A DNA stretch of 64,000 bases from positions 5,695 to 69,694 of the forward strand of contig JAKISP010000010.1 in assembly GCA_021648525.1 (NCBI GenBank). The letters run 5' to 3'. This document shows, piece after piece, positions 47,515-57,067 of the stretch. Below the pieces are notes generated by a model, which did not search any database, was not told the origin of the DNA, and worked only from the letters and a program-made list of their open reading frames with translations. How positions within the stretch are numbered: position 1 is the stretch's first letter; every line of letters starts with the position of its first letter. Source of the DNA: Gammaproteobacteria bacterium (GTDB lineage Bacteria; Pseudomonadota; Gammaproteobacteria; SZUA-140). The position numbers and the translations under genes are program-made.

Positions 47515-49794
47515 TTAGCTGGCAATTGCCTGCCCATCAGTACCATCTAAATCTGAATGGTTGTCCTGGTTATTGCAATAGTCTATTTCGAGTATTTTGT
47601 TATTCCTGGCTGGTAGTGAAATACTGAACAGGCTGCCTTCTCCTGGTGTTGACTGGCAGTTGAGTGAACCGCCCAGGCGGCGTGTCAGGTACATGACGTA
47701 GGCAAGCCCAATGCTGTCATGCGTTAGCGTCTCTTTATCCTGTTTTTGAAACGGATTGAAGACCTGAGGTATTTCATCATCAGCGAGTGCCTTTCCATTA
47801 TCGCGAATATAGAATAAACAGCAATCATCATGGGTTTCTGCGTTGATTTCAATGATGCCAGGACGACCGGGTAGTAAATGTTTAATGGCGTTGTCCAGTA
47901 AACTCGAAATGATCTGCTCAACTGCTTTTCGATCAGTTGATATGACTGGAAGGGAACCAATATTAATATGTGCATTTTTATTTTTAAGTTCAGGTCCAGC
48001 TATTTTTTTTAAATTATGGGCAATAATTTCCATATCTACATATTCTGGTTGTAGTTTTTGCAAGCCAGCATGTGAGAGTTTAATGAGTGCTTCAATCTCC
48101 CATTCAAGCTGGTTACTCGCCTGAATGATGGTGTTTACTCTTGTAATGGTCTCCTCGATGACAGCCTGGACTGTTTTATCTGGTGGTGTGTTTTTATTGC
48201 GGAAGAGGGCGGCTAGTTTTTCTGAGTTTTCTTTTATGACTGGGATCTGAATCATTAAATCATGTGATGCAATATGAGTGAACTGTTTTAGCTCATCATG
48301 CAGTGTATTTAATTCTATTGTTCTATCTTCAACCAGAAATTCAAGATGGTTTTTGTACTGCATGAGCTCTAATTCAATTGCTTTATGAGCGCTAATGTCA
48401 TGAATGGTGCCGGTGAAAATACGCTCTCCTTTGTGAGGTGCTTCACTGACGCTTAGCTCAATCGGAAATAAGGTGCCATTTTTTCGCATCCCTTCAGTTT
48501 CTCGTCCAATACCGATCATCTTGCGTTTACCAGTGCCGAGATAGCGGCTGAGGTAGCTATCATGGCCGGACTGGTGTGGTTCGGACATCAGCATATCTAA
48601 ATTATTGCCGACCATTTCAGGGACGTTATAACCAAAGAGTTTTTCTGCAGCTGAATTGGCACTTAAAATAATACCTCTCTGGTTGATGGTGATAATGCCA
48701 TCGACTGAATGGTTGATGATGGCTCTATTTTTAGCCTCACTGTCATACAGCGAGTCAATGGAGCTTTGTAGTTCTTTAAAGGCTGTAGTATTTTTTCGGT
48801 AAAAAAGAATGATGAAAAATGCCATTGTCAAAATGGCGGTTAACTCGCCGCCTACTGTTAAATAGATACTTGTCTGTATCTTTGACAGGCGAGCCTGGAG
48901 TCGTTTATTCAATAGTTTTTCTGAATCAGCATAGAGTCGCATTGATTGTTCAATTGCTCGGCTGCCTTCAGAAAAATAGCCTTGAGCGGTGATCTGAAGT
49001 TTTTCACCATTTAATAACTTCTCACTTTTAGTGATGAATTTGTCGCTGATCTGGAAAAGTAGACTCATTAAGTGGATGATACGTTTTTCATCGTCAGCGA
49101 CAGTGTCGACTGCGCGCATGGTACTGCGGTGGGCAATGTTGAGGTTGTTTTTTAATGTATGTAGTTCCTGTGTGAATTGACGGCTATTACCGAGTCTTTC
49201 GTTAAGAATAAAGCCCCCACCAATGCCACGTACGCGACCGAGCGATTCGCTAAGGTCGCTGATTTGATAGATGATCAGCTTGGTTAAAAAGTAGATATTG
49301 GGGTCATCATCAAACGCGAGCATTGAATTTTCGGCTGATTTTTTGATGATGTCCAGAGAATGGTTGACCAATGCACTGTGGCTAAGAAAAATTTCCTGTG
49401 GTGTATTGATTTCCGAAGCATCAAGGGTATATTTTGTCTGTAAATCGAGCTGTTTCAGCTCTTCATCAATGCCAAGTTCGATGCTGCGAGGTGAGTTTTT
49501 CAGTGTATTGATCTGGTTGCTTAGCTGTTTTTTTAATTGAGCTATTTCACTGTTCAGGTTTCCTTCACCATGGCGTTGTAGCTGTGTGATGCCGCGTATT
49601 TTCTGCAGTGTCATACTGAGATCAAACAGTGGCGTGAGATGTGATAGTCCGCTGAGTTCTGTTTGTGTATTTTTTAACTGTTGGTAATCTCTGATGTTAT
49701 TGAGACCCAGTGCAATGATCATGACCAGCGCTGGAATTGCAATCGCGACCAGGTAATGCCATGTGCGCGGAGGATTGCTGACAATGGTATTCAT
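47515..49794 (-). CDS. sensor histidine kinase with a large periplasmic sensing domain, PAS domain, HisKA and HATPase_c
   Basis: The start is MNTIVSNPP. It has a TM helix, about 290 aa of periplasmic helical region, then a second TM. It has a PAS domain (IINHSVDGIITINQRGIILSANSAAEKLFGY). The H-box is FTHIASHDLM. The N, G1 and G2 boxes are LLDNAIKH, IRDNG and GLGL. Confidence 0.8.
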   Translation of the reverse strand: MNTIVSNPPRTWHYLVAIAIPALVMIIALGLNNIRDYQQLKNTQTELSGLSHLTPLFDLSMTLQKIRGITQLQRHGEGNLNSEIAQLKKQLSNQINTLKNSPRSIELGIDEELKQLDLQTKYTLDASEINTPQEIFLSHSALVNHSLDIIKKSAENSMLAFDDDPNIYFLTKLIIYQISDLSESLGRVRGIGGGFILNERLGNSRQFTQELHTLKNNLNIAHRSTMRAVDTVADDEKRIIHLMSLLFQISDKFITKSEKLLNGEKLQITAQGYFSEGSRAIEQSMRLYADSEKLLNKRLQARLSKIQTSIYLTVGGELTAILTMAFFIILFYRKNTTAFKELQSSIDSLYDSEAKNRAIINHSVDGIITINQRGIILSANSAAEKLFGYNVPEMVGNNLDMLMSEPHQSGHDSYLSRYLGTGKRKMIGIGRETEGMRKNGTLFPIELSVSEAPHKGERIFTGTIHDISAHKAIELELMQYKNHLEFLVEDRTIELNTLHDELKQFTHIASHDLMIQIPVIKENSEKLAALFRNKNTPPDKTVQAVIEETITRVNTIIQASNQLEWEIEALIKLSHAGLQKLQPEYVDMEIIAHNLKKIAGPELKNKNAHINIGSLPVISTDRKAVEQIISSLLDNAIKHLLPGRPGIIEINAETHDDCCLFYIRDNGKALADDEIPQVFNPFQKQDKETLTHDSIGLAYVMYLTRRLGGSLNCQSTPGEGSLFSISLPARNNKILEIDYCNNQDNHSDLDGTDGQAIAS

Positions 49795-50083
49795 GCGGCT
49801 ATCAGACTGGATAAAATGGGCGTTGGGATATTGGGTTGGCACCTGTTATCCGCTGAAGATAGCTAGTGCCTGATATGGGTGCGTATGCTTGTTGTGACGA
49901 CCTTTTCATCGAATCCATCCTTACGAAGCTCTGTCCCTGGACGTGGGTGGTGTTCAGGCATTACAATTCGCGCCCTGTGATTACATTTAATGTAACGGGA
50001 TAGCAAATTTAAACTTTAGTGATTTGCAGATGGATTGTGATTTAACGCCAGGTTTATCTTAAGCTGTTTTGTTGTGCTTAGAT

Positions 50084-50722
50084 TCAGGGGTTATTGTTGA
50101 GGTGGGGATTGTGTTGCCGCTCGTTGCCAAAGGTAGACATTGGGCCGTGTCCGGGGATGAACTGAACGTGGTCGCCAAGTGGTAAAAGGCGCTCTTTAAT
50201 TGAGTTGATGAGTGTGTCGTGATCACCTTTTGGGAAGTCTGAGCGGCCAATGGATCCCTGAAAAAGCACGTCGCCAACAATCGCGAGGCCGTCATCTTTG
50301 TGAAAAAAGACCACATGCCCCGGGGTGTGACCAGGGCAGTGCAGTACATCCAGTGTGATATTGCCAAATGTGACCTGGTCACCGTGCTTTAACCAGCGAT
50401 CAGGGGTGAAGCCTTCTAGTGGTGGGAAATTGAACATTTCACACTGTTGTGGAATGGCGTCGATCCAGAACTGATCCTCTTTATGCGGGCCTTCAATTGG
50501 CAGCTGGAGTTGTCTGGCTAATTCAGCAACACCGCCAATGTGATCCAGATGAGGATGGGTTACCAGAATTTTTTCGATCTCGACTCCCGCTTCGTTGACA
50601 ACTGCCAAAATACGTTCAATTTCACCACCAGGGTCTACCACGGCTGCCCGCATTGTCTGCTCACAGTAAAGCAGCGAGCAGTTTTGTTGTAGTGGTGTTA
50701 CGGGGATGATCTGGTATTTCAT
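50084..50722 (-). CDS. MBL-fold metallo-hydrolase (glyoxalase II / YcbL-like)
   Basis: The start is MKYQIIPV. It has the motifs THPHLDHIGG, HCPGHTPGH and GDVLFQGSIGRSDFPKGD. Confidence 0.75.
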   Translation of the reverse strand: MKYQIIPVTPLQQNCSLLYCEQTMRAAVVDPGGEIERILAVVNEAGVEIEKILVTHPHLDHIGGVAELARQLQLPIEGPHKEDQFWIDAIPQQCEMFNFPPLEGFTPDRWLKHGDQVTFGNITLDVLHCPGHTPGHVVFFHKDDGLAIVGDVLFQGSIGRSDFPKGDHDTLINSIKERLLPLGDHVQFIPGHGPMSTFGNERQHNPHLNNNP

Positions 50723-50948
50723 GATTAGTGTCTTTTGTCTGCTATTAATTGTATTGATATGAAAATGCATATTGTCTGAGCAATCGGCAAGATGCAACTT
50801 TAAGTCGCCAGGATGCCAGGATGCCAGGGTGGGGTTCAAGGAATGTGTGCGTGTTCCGACACAATAAGGGTATTCCGGTGGGCGTTTTATCTGGTTGTTT
50901 TGAACGTTCACCCGGTTGATCAACTAAGACAATATCTTTACTGGAGGG

Positions 50949-51980
50949 GTGATGGGCCTAATAGATGGATTGACGCGGCAGCTACGCTCGGTGATCGAAT
51001 GGCAGGATACTGATCCTGATCAGCTCTTTTATAAATGGAGTGATAATGGCGATGAAATTAAAAATGCCTCCCAGCTGATCATTGGCCCCGGGCAGGGGTG
51101 TATTTTTGTCTATGAAGGGGTGCCAAAGGCGATGATCGTCAAGAGTGGCATTATCAACCTTGAAACGGATAATGTGCCGTTCTGGACCACCATCAAAAAG
51201 GTGATGAACTTCTTTGAGAGTGAGCATAAGGTCGGTATCTACTATTTTAAGACTACGCGCGTGCTGGATCAGAAGTGGGGCACTAACGCGGTCGTCAAAT
51301 ATGAAGACCCGAAATATCACTTCCCGGTGGGTTTGCGCGCCTTTGGTAATTACAGTTTTCGGATTCGTAAACCGGGCCATTTCTTTATTAATTTTGTTGG
51401 TAGCAATAGCGAGTTTACCGTCAGTCAGTTTCGTGAGGTGATGAACGCACGCATGGTGCAGCCGCTGACTGACCACCTCGCGCAAGCGCAATTTACCTAT
51501 GTTGATATCGATGCCAATCGTGATGCGCTCGCTGATAGTCTGCTAGAGAAGTTGAAACCCAGCTTCACCAAACTTGGCTTTATGTTGACTGACCTGCGCA
51601 TCGAAGGGACTAATTTTGATGAGGAGACGATGGATCGGATTAACCGCATCGCTAATATTACTGCCGAACAGCATGCGGCAGCGGCGGCGGGTATGGATTA
51701 TGCGAGTCTGCAAAAACTGGAAGCGATGCGTGAAGCAGCCCGTAATGAAGGTGGTGGTGCGGGTGTTGGCATGGGTATCGGTGCGGGGATGGGGTTTGGA
51801 CAGATGATGGCGAATGAGATGGGTGATTCGCTGGTGCCGAAGCAGAATGGTGCAGCGGAGCCTGTCAGCAGTGAAGACCCAGTCGCCAAATTGTCGCAGC
51901 TTAAGCAGATGCTGGATGCCGATTTAATTACGCAGGATGACTATGATCAGAAGAAAAATGAAATCATGAGTCGTTTTTAG
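50949..51980 (+). CDS. SPFH/Band-7 domain protein with a Gly/Met-rich segment and a C-terminal SHOCT-like motif
   Basis: It is 343 aa. It has an SPFH-like N-terminal domain. It has GGGAGVGMGIGAGMGFGQMM. The C-terminus is LSQLKQMLDADLITQDDYDQKKNEIMSRF. Confidence 0.6.
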   Translation: MMGLIDGLTRQLRSVIEWQDTDPDQLFYKWSDNGDEIKNASQLIIGPGQGCIFVYEGVPKAMIVKSGIINLETDNVPFWTTIKKVMNFFESEHKVGIYYFKTTRVLDQKWGTNAVVKYEDPKYHFPVGLRAFGNYSFRIRKPGHFFINFVGSNSEFTVSQFREVMNARMVQPLTDHLAQAQFTYVDIDANRDALADSLLEKLKPSFTKLGFMLTDLRIEGTNFDEETMDRINRIANITAEQHAAAAAGMDYASLQKLEAMREAARNEGGGAGVGMGIGAGMGFGQMMANEMGDSLVPKQNGAAEPVSSEDPVAKLSQLKQMLDADLITQDDYDQKKNEIMSRF

Positions 51981-51995
51981 GTTTGCAGAAAAATT

Positions 51996-52691
51996 ATGGC
52001 TAACTGTATTAGTTGTTCTGCAGCCCTGCCTGCGCCGAGTAATGTCTGTGAATATTGCGGCCGTCGCAATGATGTTGATCTGCATGGGGTGCATCGATAC
52101 ACCGTGGTAAAGCCGAATGGTGAGCGCAGTTGTCCGCGCTGCGAGGTTGGATTGCATACCATTAACCTTAAGCATGATGGTAAATTCTTCATCGAACGCT
52201 GTGATCAGTGTATGGGGCTATTTTTCGATGTGAATGAGCTGGAGGCATTACTAGAGCAGTCGGTATCGAATGTTTTTGAAATTAACCAGCAGCGACTGAG
52301 CGCGATCAATAAGGAGCTATATCAGCGGGACAGTGCAAATAAGCCATCGAAACAGCAGGCCTTTTATGTGAAATGTCCGGTCTGCCGTGATTTTATGCAG
52401 CGCAAAAATTTTGGTGCGCGCAGTGGTGTGATCATTGATCGTTGCCATCAGCACGGGGTGTGGCTCGATGGCGGTGAGCTGAAGCGTTTGATGGAGTGGA
52501 AAAAAGCAGGCGGTCAGTTGCTGCACGAGAAGATGGCACAGGAGAGAAGCGCTGCGAAGGCGAAGCGCTATGAATCAGTAGCAGGAAGGGCTGAAGCGAT
52601 AATTGATACGCGCGAAAATAAGCCGATTTGGGGCACTTCGGATGATGATTTTCTCTCCTCTGTTTTTAAAATAGTAGGAAAGCTCTTTTAA
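51996..52691 (+). CDS. zinc-ribbon (zf-TFIIB-like) domain protein
   Basis: It has two CxxC...CxxC pairs (CISC...CEYC, CPRC...C.QC, CPVC...CHQH). It lies in a same-strand pair with the SPFH protein. Confidence 0.55.
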   Translation: MANCISCSAALPAPSNVCEYCGRRNDVDLHGVHRYTVVKPNGERSCPRCEVGLHTINLKHDGKFFIERCDQCMGLFFDVNELEALLEQSVSNVFEINQQRLSAINKELYQRDSANKPSKQQAFYVKCPVCRDFMQRKNFGARSGVIIDRCHQHGVWLDGGELKRLMEWKKAGGQLLHEKMAQERSAAKAKRYESVAGRAEAIIDTRENKPIWGTSDDDFLSSVFKIVGKLF

Positions 52692-52951
52692 ATGCGGGCT
52701 ACTGCTATCTAAGTGTTTGAATTTTCGTTGTTATTTTTATTATTTATGACGCCGTTCTCAGTGCGCTCCAGGGAGTATCCCACGCTGTAAATACTGTGTT
52801 ACGATTGTGTAACTATAGGTTAATTAATAGATTTCCGTCTAGTAGGGGATTAATAAAACCACATGCGTGAGGCCGGCGGAAGGAAGGCCTGCGTTATCGT
52901 GATCTGTCCAGCAGCCTACAAAATTCGGGTATCGCTGTGAAGGGGGAAGCA

Positions 52952-55171
52952 ATGATCAAAGCTGGCAATGCTGTCAGGGGTGTACGCACTCCTGTATTGC
53001 TGCTGATGGTGGCATCACTGGCGGCGTGTGGTGGTGATTCCGCTACAGAGTCTAGTGGTAGTGGACCATATACGGTGGGTGGTACAGTCACTGGCGTGGC
53101 GAGTGGCAGCATGATATCGATCAGTAATCGAGTTAATCAGCAACTTGCGAATCAAAAGAATCGCATGAGTCTGAGGATCAATACGGCCTATATTTTTCCT
53201 GAAACAGTCGCCAGCGGTGATACTTATCAGGTGGTTGTTGAGGATGATCCACTGAATCAACGCTGTACTGTTAGTAATGGCTCGGGTCTGGTAAGCGGAG
53301 ATGTTAATAATGTGAACATTCATTGCGTGTCCCCGCCGCAATATAGTATTGGCGGGAATGTGAGTGGTCTTAGTGGCTCGCTGATGTTGAAAATTAATGG
53401 CGCTGAAGCGATTACCCTGTTAGCGGATAGCCCTTATACCTTTCCGACACGTTTGATGAGTGGTACCGAGTACCAGGTCGCTGTCTATAATGAGCCAGCT
53501 AATCAAGATTGTACTGTCTCAAACGGGACTGGCACACTGAATAGTCATGTAGCGAATGTTAGTGTGAACTGTGTTTCAGATAGTTGGGTTCACCCTGCTC
53601 ATCTGGCGGTGAATATTAGCCCTGATGGTGAAAATGCGATGTCTCCTCAGGTCGCGATGGATGATAATGGTAATACCGTTGTGGTCTGGTATCAGTTTGA
53701 CGGGGTTCCCCTTCCCCCTAATGTCCTGCCCAGGACTCAGATTTACATGAGCGATTATAATATTACGACTCCAGATGCATGGACGCATCCTGCCGATTTA
53801 ACTGATCATATTAGTTTCACGGGACAAAGTGCCATTAACCCGCAGGTGGCGATCGGACGTGATCAGACGAATACATTTGATGAGGTGGTTATTGTATGGT
53901 CACAGAAGGATACTGTCGGTAATAATTCTCAGCTGTTTATGAGTGAGTATCGAGCGAATAGTTGGAGTCATCCTGCAGGGTTAACATCGGGGTCTTATAT
54001 AAACCCACTGGGTTCGTTCATTTATGATAATCCTCAGGTGGCAATGGATGATCGCGGGAACGCCATTATTGCCTGGACGCAGGATTCTGGTGTGGGGATT
54101 GATGTTGATAAGCCTCAGCTTTATGTGAGTGAATATCGAGGGGGTATCTGGAGTCATCCAGGGTCACGTTCGGCTGATACCTTTAGTCAGACGGGGCGTC
54201 CAGTGCGATTCACGCCGGCCGTGGCGATGGGCAGAAATCCCGCTACGGGGAGTGATGATGCAGTGGTTGTGTGGCGGCAACACTCGGGGGGCGCTTCTGG
54301 TGCATTTTTAATTCATCGGCGAGAGTATCGCGGTGGTGCCTGGTCCGCAGTACCTGATCCTCAATTTTCGTCTGGTGATGCGATTACACCATTTCAATCG
54401 GACAACCTGTCGAGTCCCAGAGTTGCGATGGATAACAATGGCAATGCGATTATTGTCTGGGAACAGGCAGTGCAGGAGACTCAACCGCATCCTTATTTCC
54501 CCGGCGCTTCCCCCGTTGATATTACCCATGTCTTTAAAAGTGAGTACAGAGAGAGGCTGGTGCCTGATCCACCCGGCCCTGATATTCTTGTCTGGTCCTG
54601 GCTTGGCCCTGTTGACCAGTTCGACAACATTAGCCAGAGTGGTTTAAGTGTGCAGAGTCCTGATGTTGTAATGAATGAGAGTGGTGAGGCAATGATTACC
54701 TGGCGACAGGAGGACAATTCAAGAAAACAGCGCATCTTTAAGAGTGAATATCGCGCCAGTGAATGGACACATCCGATAAGCCTTGCTGATAACATTAGCC
54801 TGGGTGATGAATATGGGGTTGCTGGTTATGATGTGGCGATGGCGGATAATGGCGATGCGATTATTGCCTGGCGGCAGTTTGATGGTTTTAAATATTCAGT
54901 TTATAAAAGTGAATACCGCGTTAGCGAAGGGGTATGGCGGAACCCAAAAGGGGTGATGGACGCGATTAGCTCTGAGGTTTCATCACCAATAGACTGTGAT
55001 GAAAGAGGTGTGGATTGTTTCCCTGCATCTGTATCTTCAGATCCGATGATTGCAATGGATAATTCTGCCGCGCCGGGAGATGCTCTGATCTTATGGTCTC
55101 AGTCGGATATTGAAGCGACAACGCTTCCTGCTGCTGTTACGCAAAAAATATTTAAGAGTGAGCTGCGTTAA
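52952..55171 (+). CDS. large secreted lipoprotein with two Ig-like 'CTVSNG' modules and ~8 tandem 'PxVAMDxxGNAIIxW' repeats (beta-propeller-like), hypothetical
   Basis: It has a lipobox (LAACGG). Duplicated modules are YTVGGTVTGVASGSM...RCTVSNGSG and YSIGGNVSGLSGSL...DCTVSNGTG. Eight repeats each contain WSHP/WTHP...PQVAMDDxGNAIIAW. Confidence 0.6.
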   Translation: MIKAGNAVRGVRTPVLLLMVASLAACGGDSATESSGSGPYTVGGTVTGVASGSMISISNRVNQQLANQKNRMSLRINTAYIFPETVASGDTYQVVVEDDPLNQRCTVSNGSGLVSGDVNNVNIHCVSPPQYSIGGNVSGLSGSLMLKINGAEAITLLADSPYTFPTRLMSGTEYQVAVYNEPANQDCTVSNGTGTLNSHVANVSVNCVSDSWVHPAHLAVNISPDGENAMSPQVAMDDNGNTVVVWYQFDGVPLPPNVLPRTQIYMSDYNITTPDAWTHPADLTDHISFTGQSAINPQVAIGRDQTNTFDEVVIVWSQKDTVGNNSQLFMSEYRANSWSHPAGLTSGSYINPLGSFIYDNPQVAMDDRGNAIIAWTQDSGVGIDVDKPQLYVSEYRGGIWSHPGSRSADTFSQTGRPVRFTPAVAMGRNPATGSDDAVVVWRQHSGGASGAFLIHRREYRGGAWSAVPDPQFSSGDAITPFQSDNLSSPRVAMDNNGNAIIVWEQAVQETQPHPYFPGASPVDITHVFKSEYRERLVPDPPGPDILVWSWLGPVDQFDNISQSGLSVQSPDVVMNESGEAMITWRQEDNSRKQRIFKSEYRASEWTHPISLADNISLGDEYGVAGYDVAMADNGDAIIAWRQFDGFKYSVYKSEYRVSEGVWRNPKGVMDAISSEVSSPIDCDERGVDCFPASVSSDPMIAMDNSAAPGDALILWSQSDIEATTLPAAVTQKIFKSELR

Positions 55172-55428
55172 GGTGTTCATTTAAATTGCTGACAACATTG
55201 TATCGGGTTCAGTTGATCTGTCAGTATTAAGGGCAGGGCACGTCCTGTCGCAGAACATGACAGGAACGCTGAACCCGATAATCAGTGTATGACGATGTAC
55301 CAGGGCTGATGCTGGGCACCTTTCTTCCTTTGATGTATCCGCTTCCTTCAAATCACCTGTTTAATGAGCTGTCGTTCGATTTACCCTGTTGTGTGGCTAA
55401 GGGTATTTGACGATATAATAAAAATCCA

Positions 55429-55713
55429 ATGGAAATAGACGTGAATATCGACCCGGATGTCTCATGCTCAAAATGTGAAGCGGTCTGTTGTCGTCTGGAG
55501 GTGCTGCTGCTTGCTGATACGGGTGTGCCGGAGCAGTTTGTCGAGTTTGACCCGTGGGGTGGTGGCAGAATGCGTCGCCTTGATGATGGCTGGTGTGCGG
55601 CGTTAGATCGAAATACCCTGCATTGCACGATTTATGATCGTCGGCCTTTCATCTGCCGTGAACTGGATATGGGGGGTGATGAGTGTGTCTCTATTCGTAA
55701 GGATCATGCTTGA
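55429..55713 (+). CDS. YkgJ-family cysteine-cluster protein (UPF0153)
   Basis: It is 94 aa. It has CSKCEAVCC ... CTIYDRRPFICRE, the typical CxxCxxCC plus second-cluster pattern. Confidence 0.65.
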   Translation: MEIDVNIDPDVSCSKCEAVCCRLEVLLLADTGVPEQFVEFDPWGGGRMRRLDDGWCAALDRNTLHCTIYDRRPFICRELDMGGDECVSIRKDHA

Positions 55714-55785
55714 CTGGTGAGAAGAAACATAAAGTCGACATGCGATACCTGTGTTATTTTACGCCGCTAATTAGCGATATTTTAT

Positions 55786-56925
55786 GTGATGAATGAGATG
55801 AATATATTGGTGGTATGCACCTCGGGCGGACGAGGTGGGCTTGAACTTCATGCACGGCGCGAGGCTCGCTTTCTGGCAGATGAGGCCGGCATTAATTGTC
55901 ATCTGGTTGCTCAGAAGAATAGCTGCATTGCAGAATGCGTGGCAGGTGGTGGCGTGACAGCGCTCTATTTGAACTGGCACTTTAAGGCCTTGCCACTGTT
56001 TAGTGCGATTAAGCTGGCGCGCTATATCGACGACAATGAAATTGATCTTGTTCACTTTCACTGGGGTAACGATCAGCCTTTTGTGGCAATGGCCAAATAT
56101 TTCGCAAAGCGAAAACCGACGCTAGTCTATACCCGCCACATGGCGATTACGCGCCATAAAAAAGATCGTTACCACCGTTTTATTTATGGCCAGTTAGATC
56201 TGGTTTTAACGGTTAGTAACCAGGTTCGGCAAGAGGCGATGATGTATTTCCCATTAGAGCCGTCGCAGGTCAAACTGCTTTATTCAGGTGTGGCGGTAGC
56301 CAATGCTGAAAAGGCAGCTGAGCGTCGCGCACAGTTTAAAGGGGTCGCCAACAATCACGTCTTTAATATCGGTATGTTTGGGCGGGTTGAATATGGCAAA
56401 GGTCAGCATCTACTGGTTGAGGCGGTGGCAGTATTGGCCGAACGTGGGCTGGATGTCAGCGCAACAATTATCGGCCACGTGATGGATCAGAACTATGCTG
56501 ATCAGTTAAAGCAGACGATCGAAGAAAAGAAGCTATCAGATCGATTCGAGTTTGTTGACTTCATTCATCACCCGATGGAGGTCATGCCCTGTTTTGATGC
56601 CATCACTTTATTGACCTATTGCGAAACGTTTGGTCTGGTACTGGTGGAGGCGATGCGGGCAGGTGTGGCGGTGATTGGTACCAATGCGGGTGGTGTGCCC
56701 GAAATCATTATTGATAATGAAACCGGTCTGTTAATTCCACCTGGTGACGCGGCTGCGTTGGCGGAGTCGCTTACTCGTTTATATGATGACGAGACGTTTA
56801 AAAAATCGTTGGCGCAGTATGGTCAGCAGCGCGCTGATACCTTGTTTGATGAAACGAATAACTTTAATGCCTTGATGGCAGTGCTTAAGGATGTGGATGG
56901 CACCATCAAGTCAAATAATGAATAG
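55786..56925 (+). CDS. glycosyltransferase family 4 (GT-B, group 1)
   Basis: It is 379 aa. It has the C-terminal EX7E-type motif region (TYCETFGLVLVEAMRAGVAVIGTNAGGVPEII). Confidence 0.75.
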   Translation: MMNEMNILVVCTSGGRGGLELHARREARFLADEAGINCHLVAQKNSCIAECVAGGGVTALYLNWHFKALPLFSAIKLARYIDDNEIDLVHFHWGNDQPFVAMAKYFAKRKPTLVYTRHMAITRHKKDRYHRFIYGQLDLVLTVSNQVRQEAMMYFPLEPSQVKLLYSGVAVANAEKAAERRAQFKGVANNHVFNIGMFGRVEYGKGQHLLVEAVAVLAERGLDVSATIIGHVMDQNYADQLKQTIEEKKLSDRFEFVDFIHHPMEVMPCFDAITLLTYCETFGLVLVEAMRAGVAVIGTNAGGVPEIIIDNETGLLIPPGDAAALAESLTRLYDDETFKKSLAQYGQQRADTLFDETNNFNALMAVLKDVDGTIKSNNE

Positions 56926-57067
56926 CCATGGTTAAGGTTATGAATCAATTTTATTTAACCCTTTTCTGTACTCAGGAGCCAGGGGGGTGCTGTCGTTGGA
57001 TTTGAAAAACAGTTCAGCGGGAGACTAAATTCCCATCTATTTCAATCGATATATTTTCCTCTGACAA

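Noticed and set aside
52937-52951. An upstream alternative start (GTG, 'MKGEA') for the repeat lipoprotein
   Set aside because: The ATG at 52952 gives a canonical lipoprotein signal peptide (MIKAGNAVRGVRTPVLLLMVASLAAC). The upstream codons add nothing to it.
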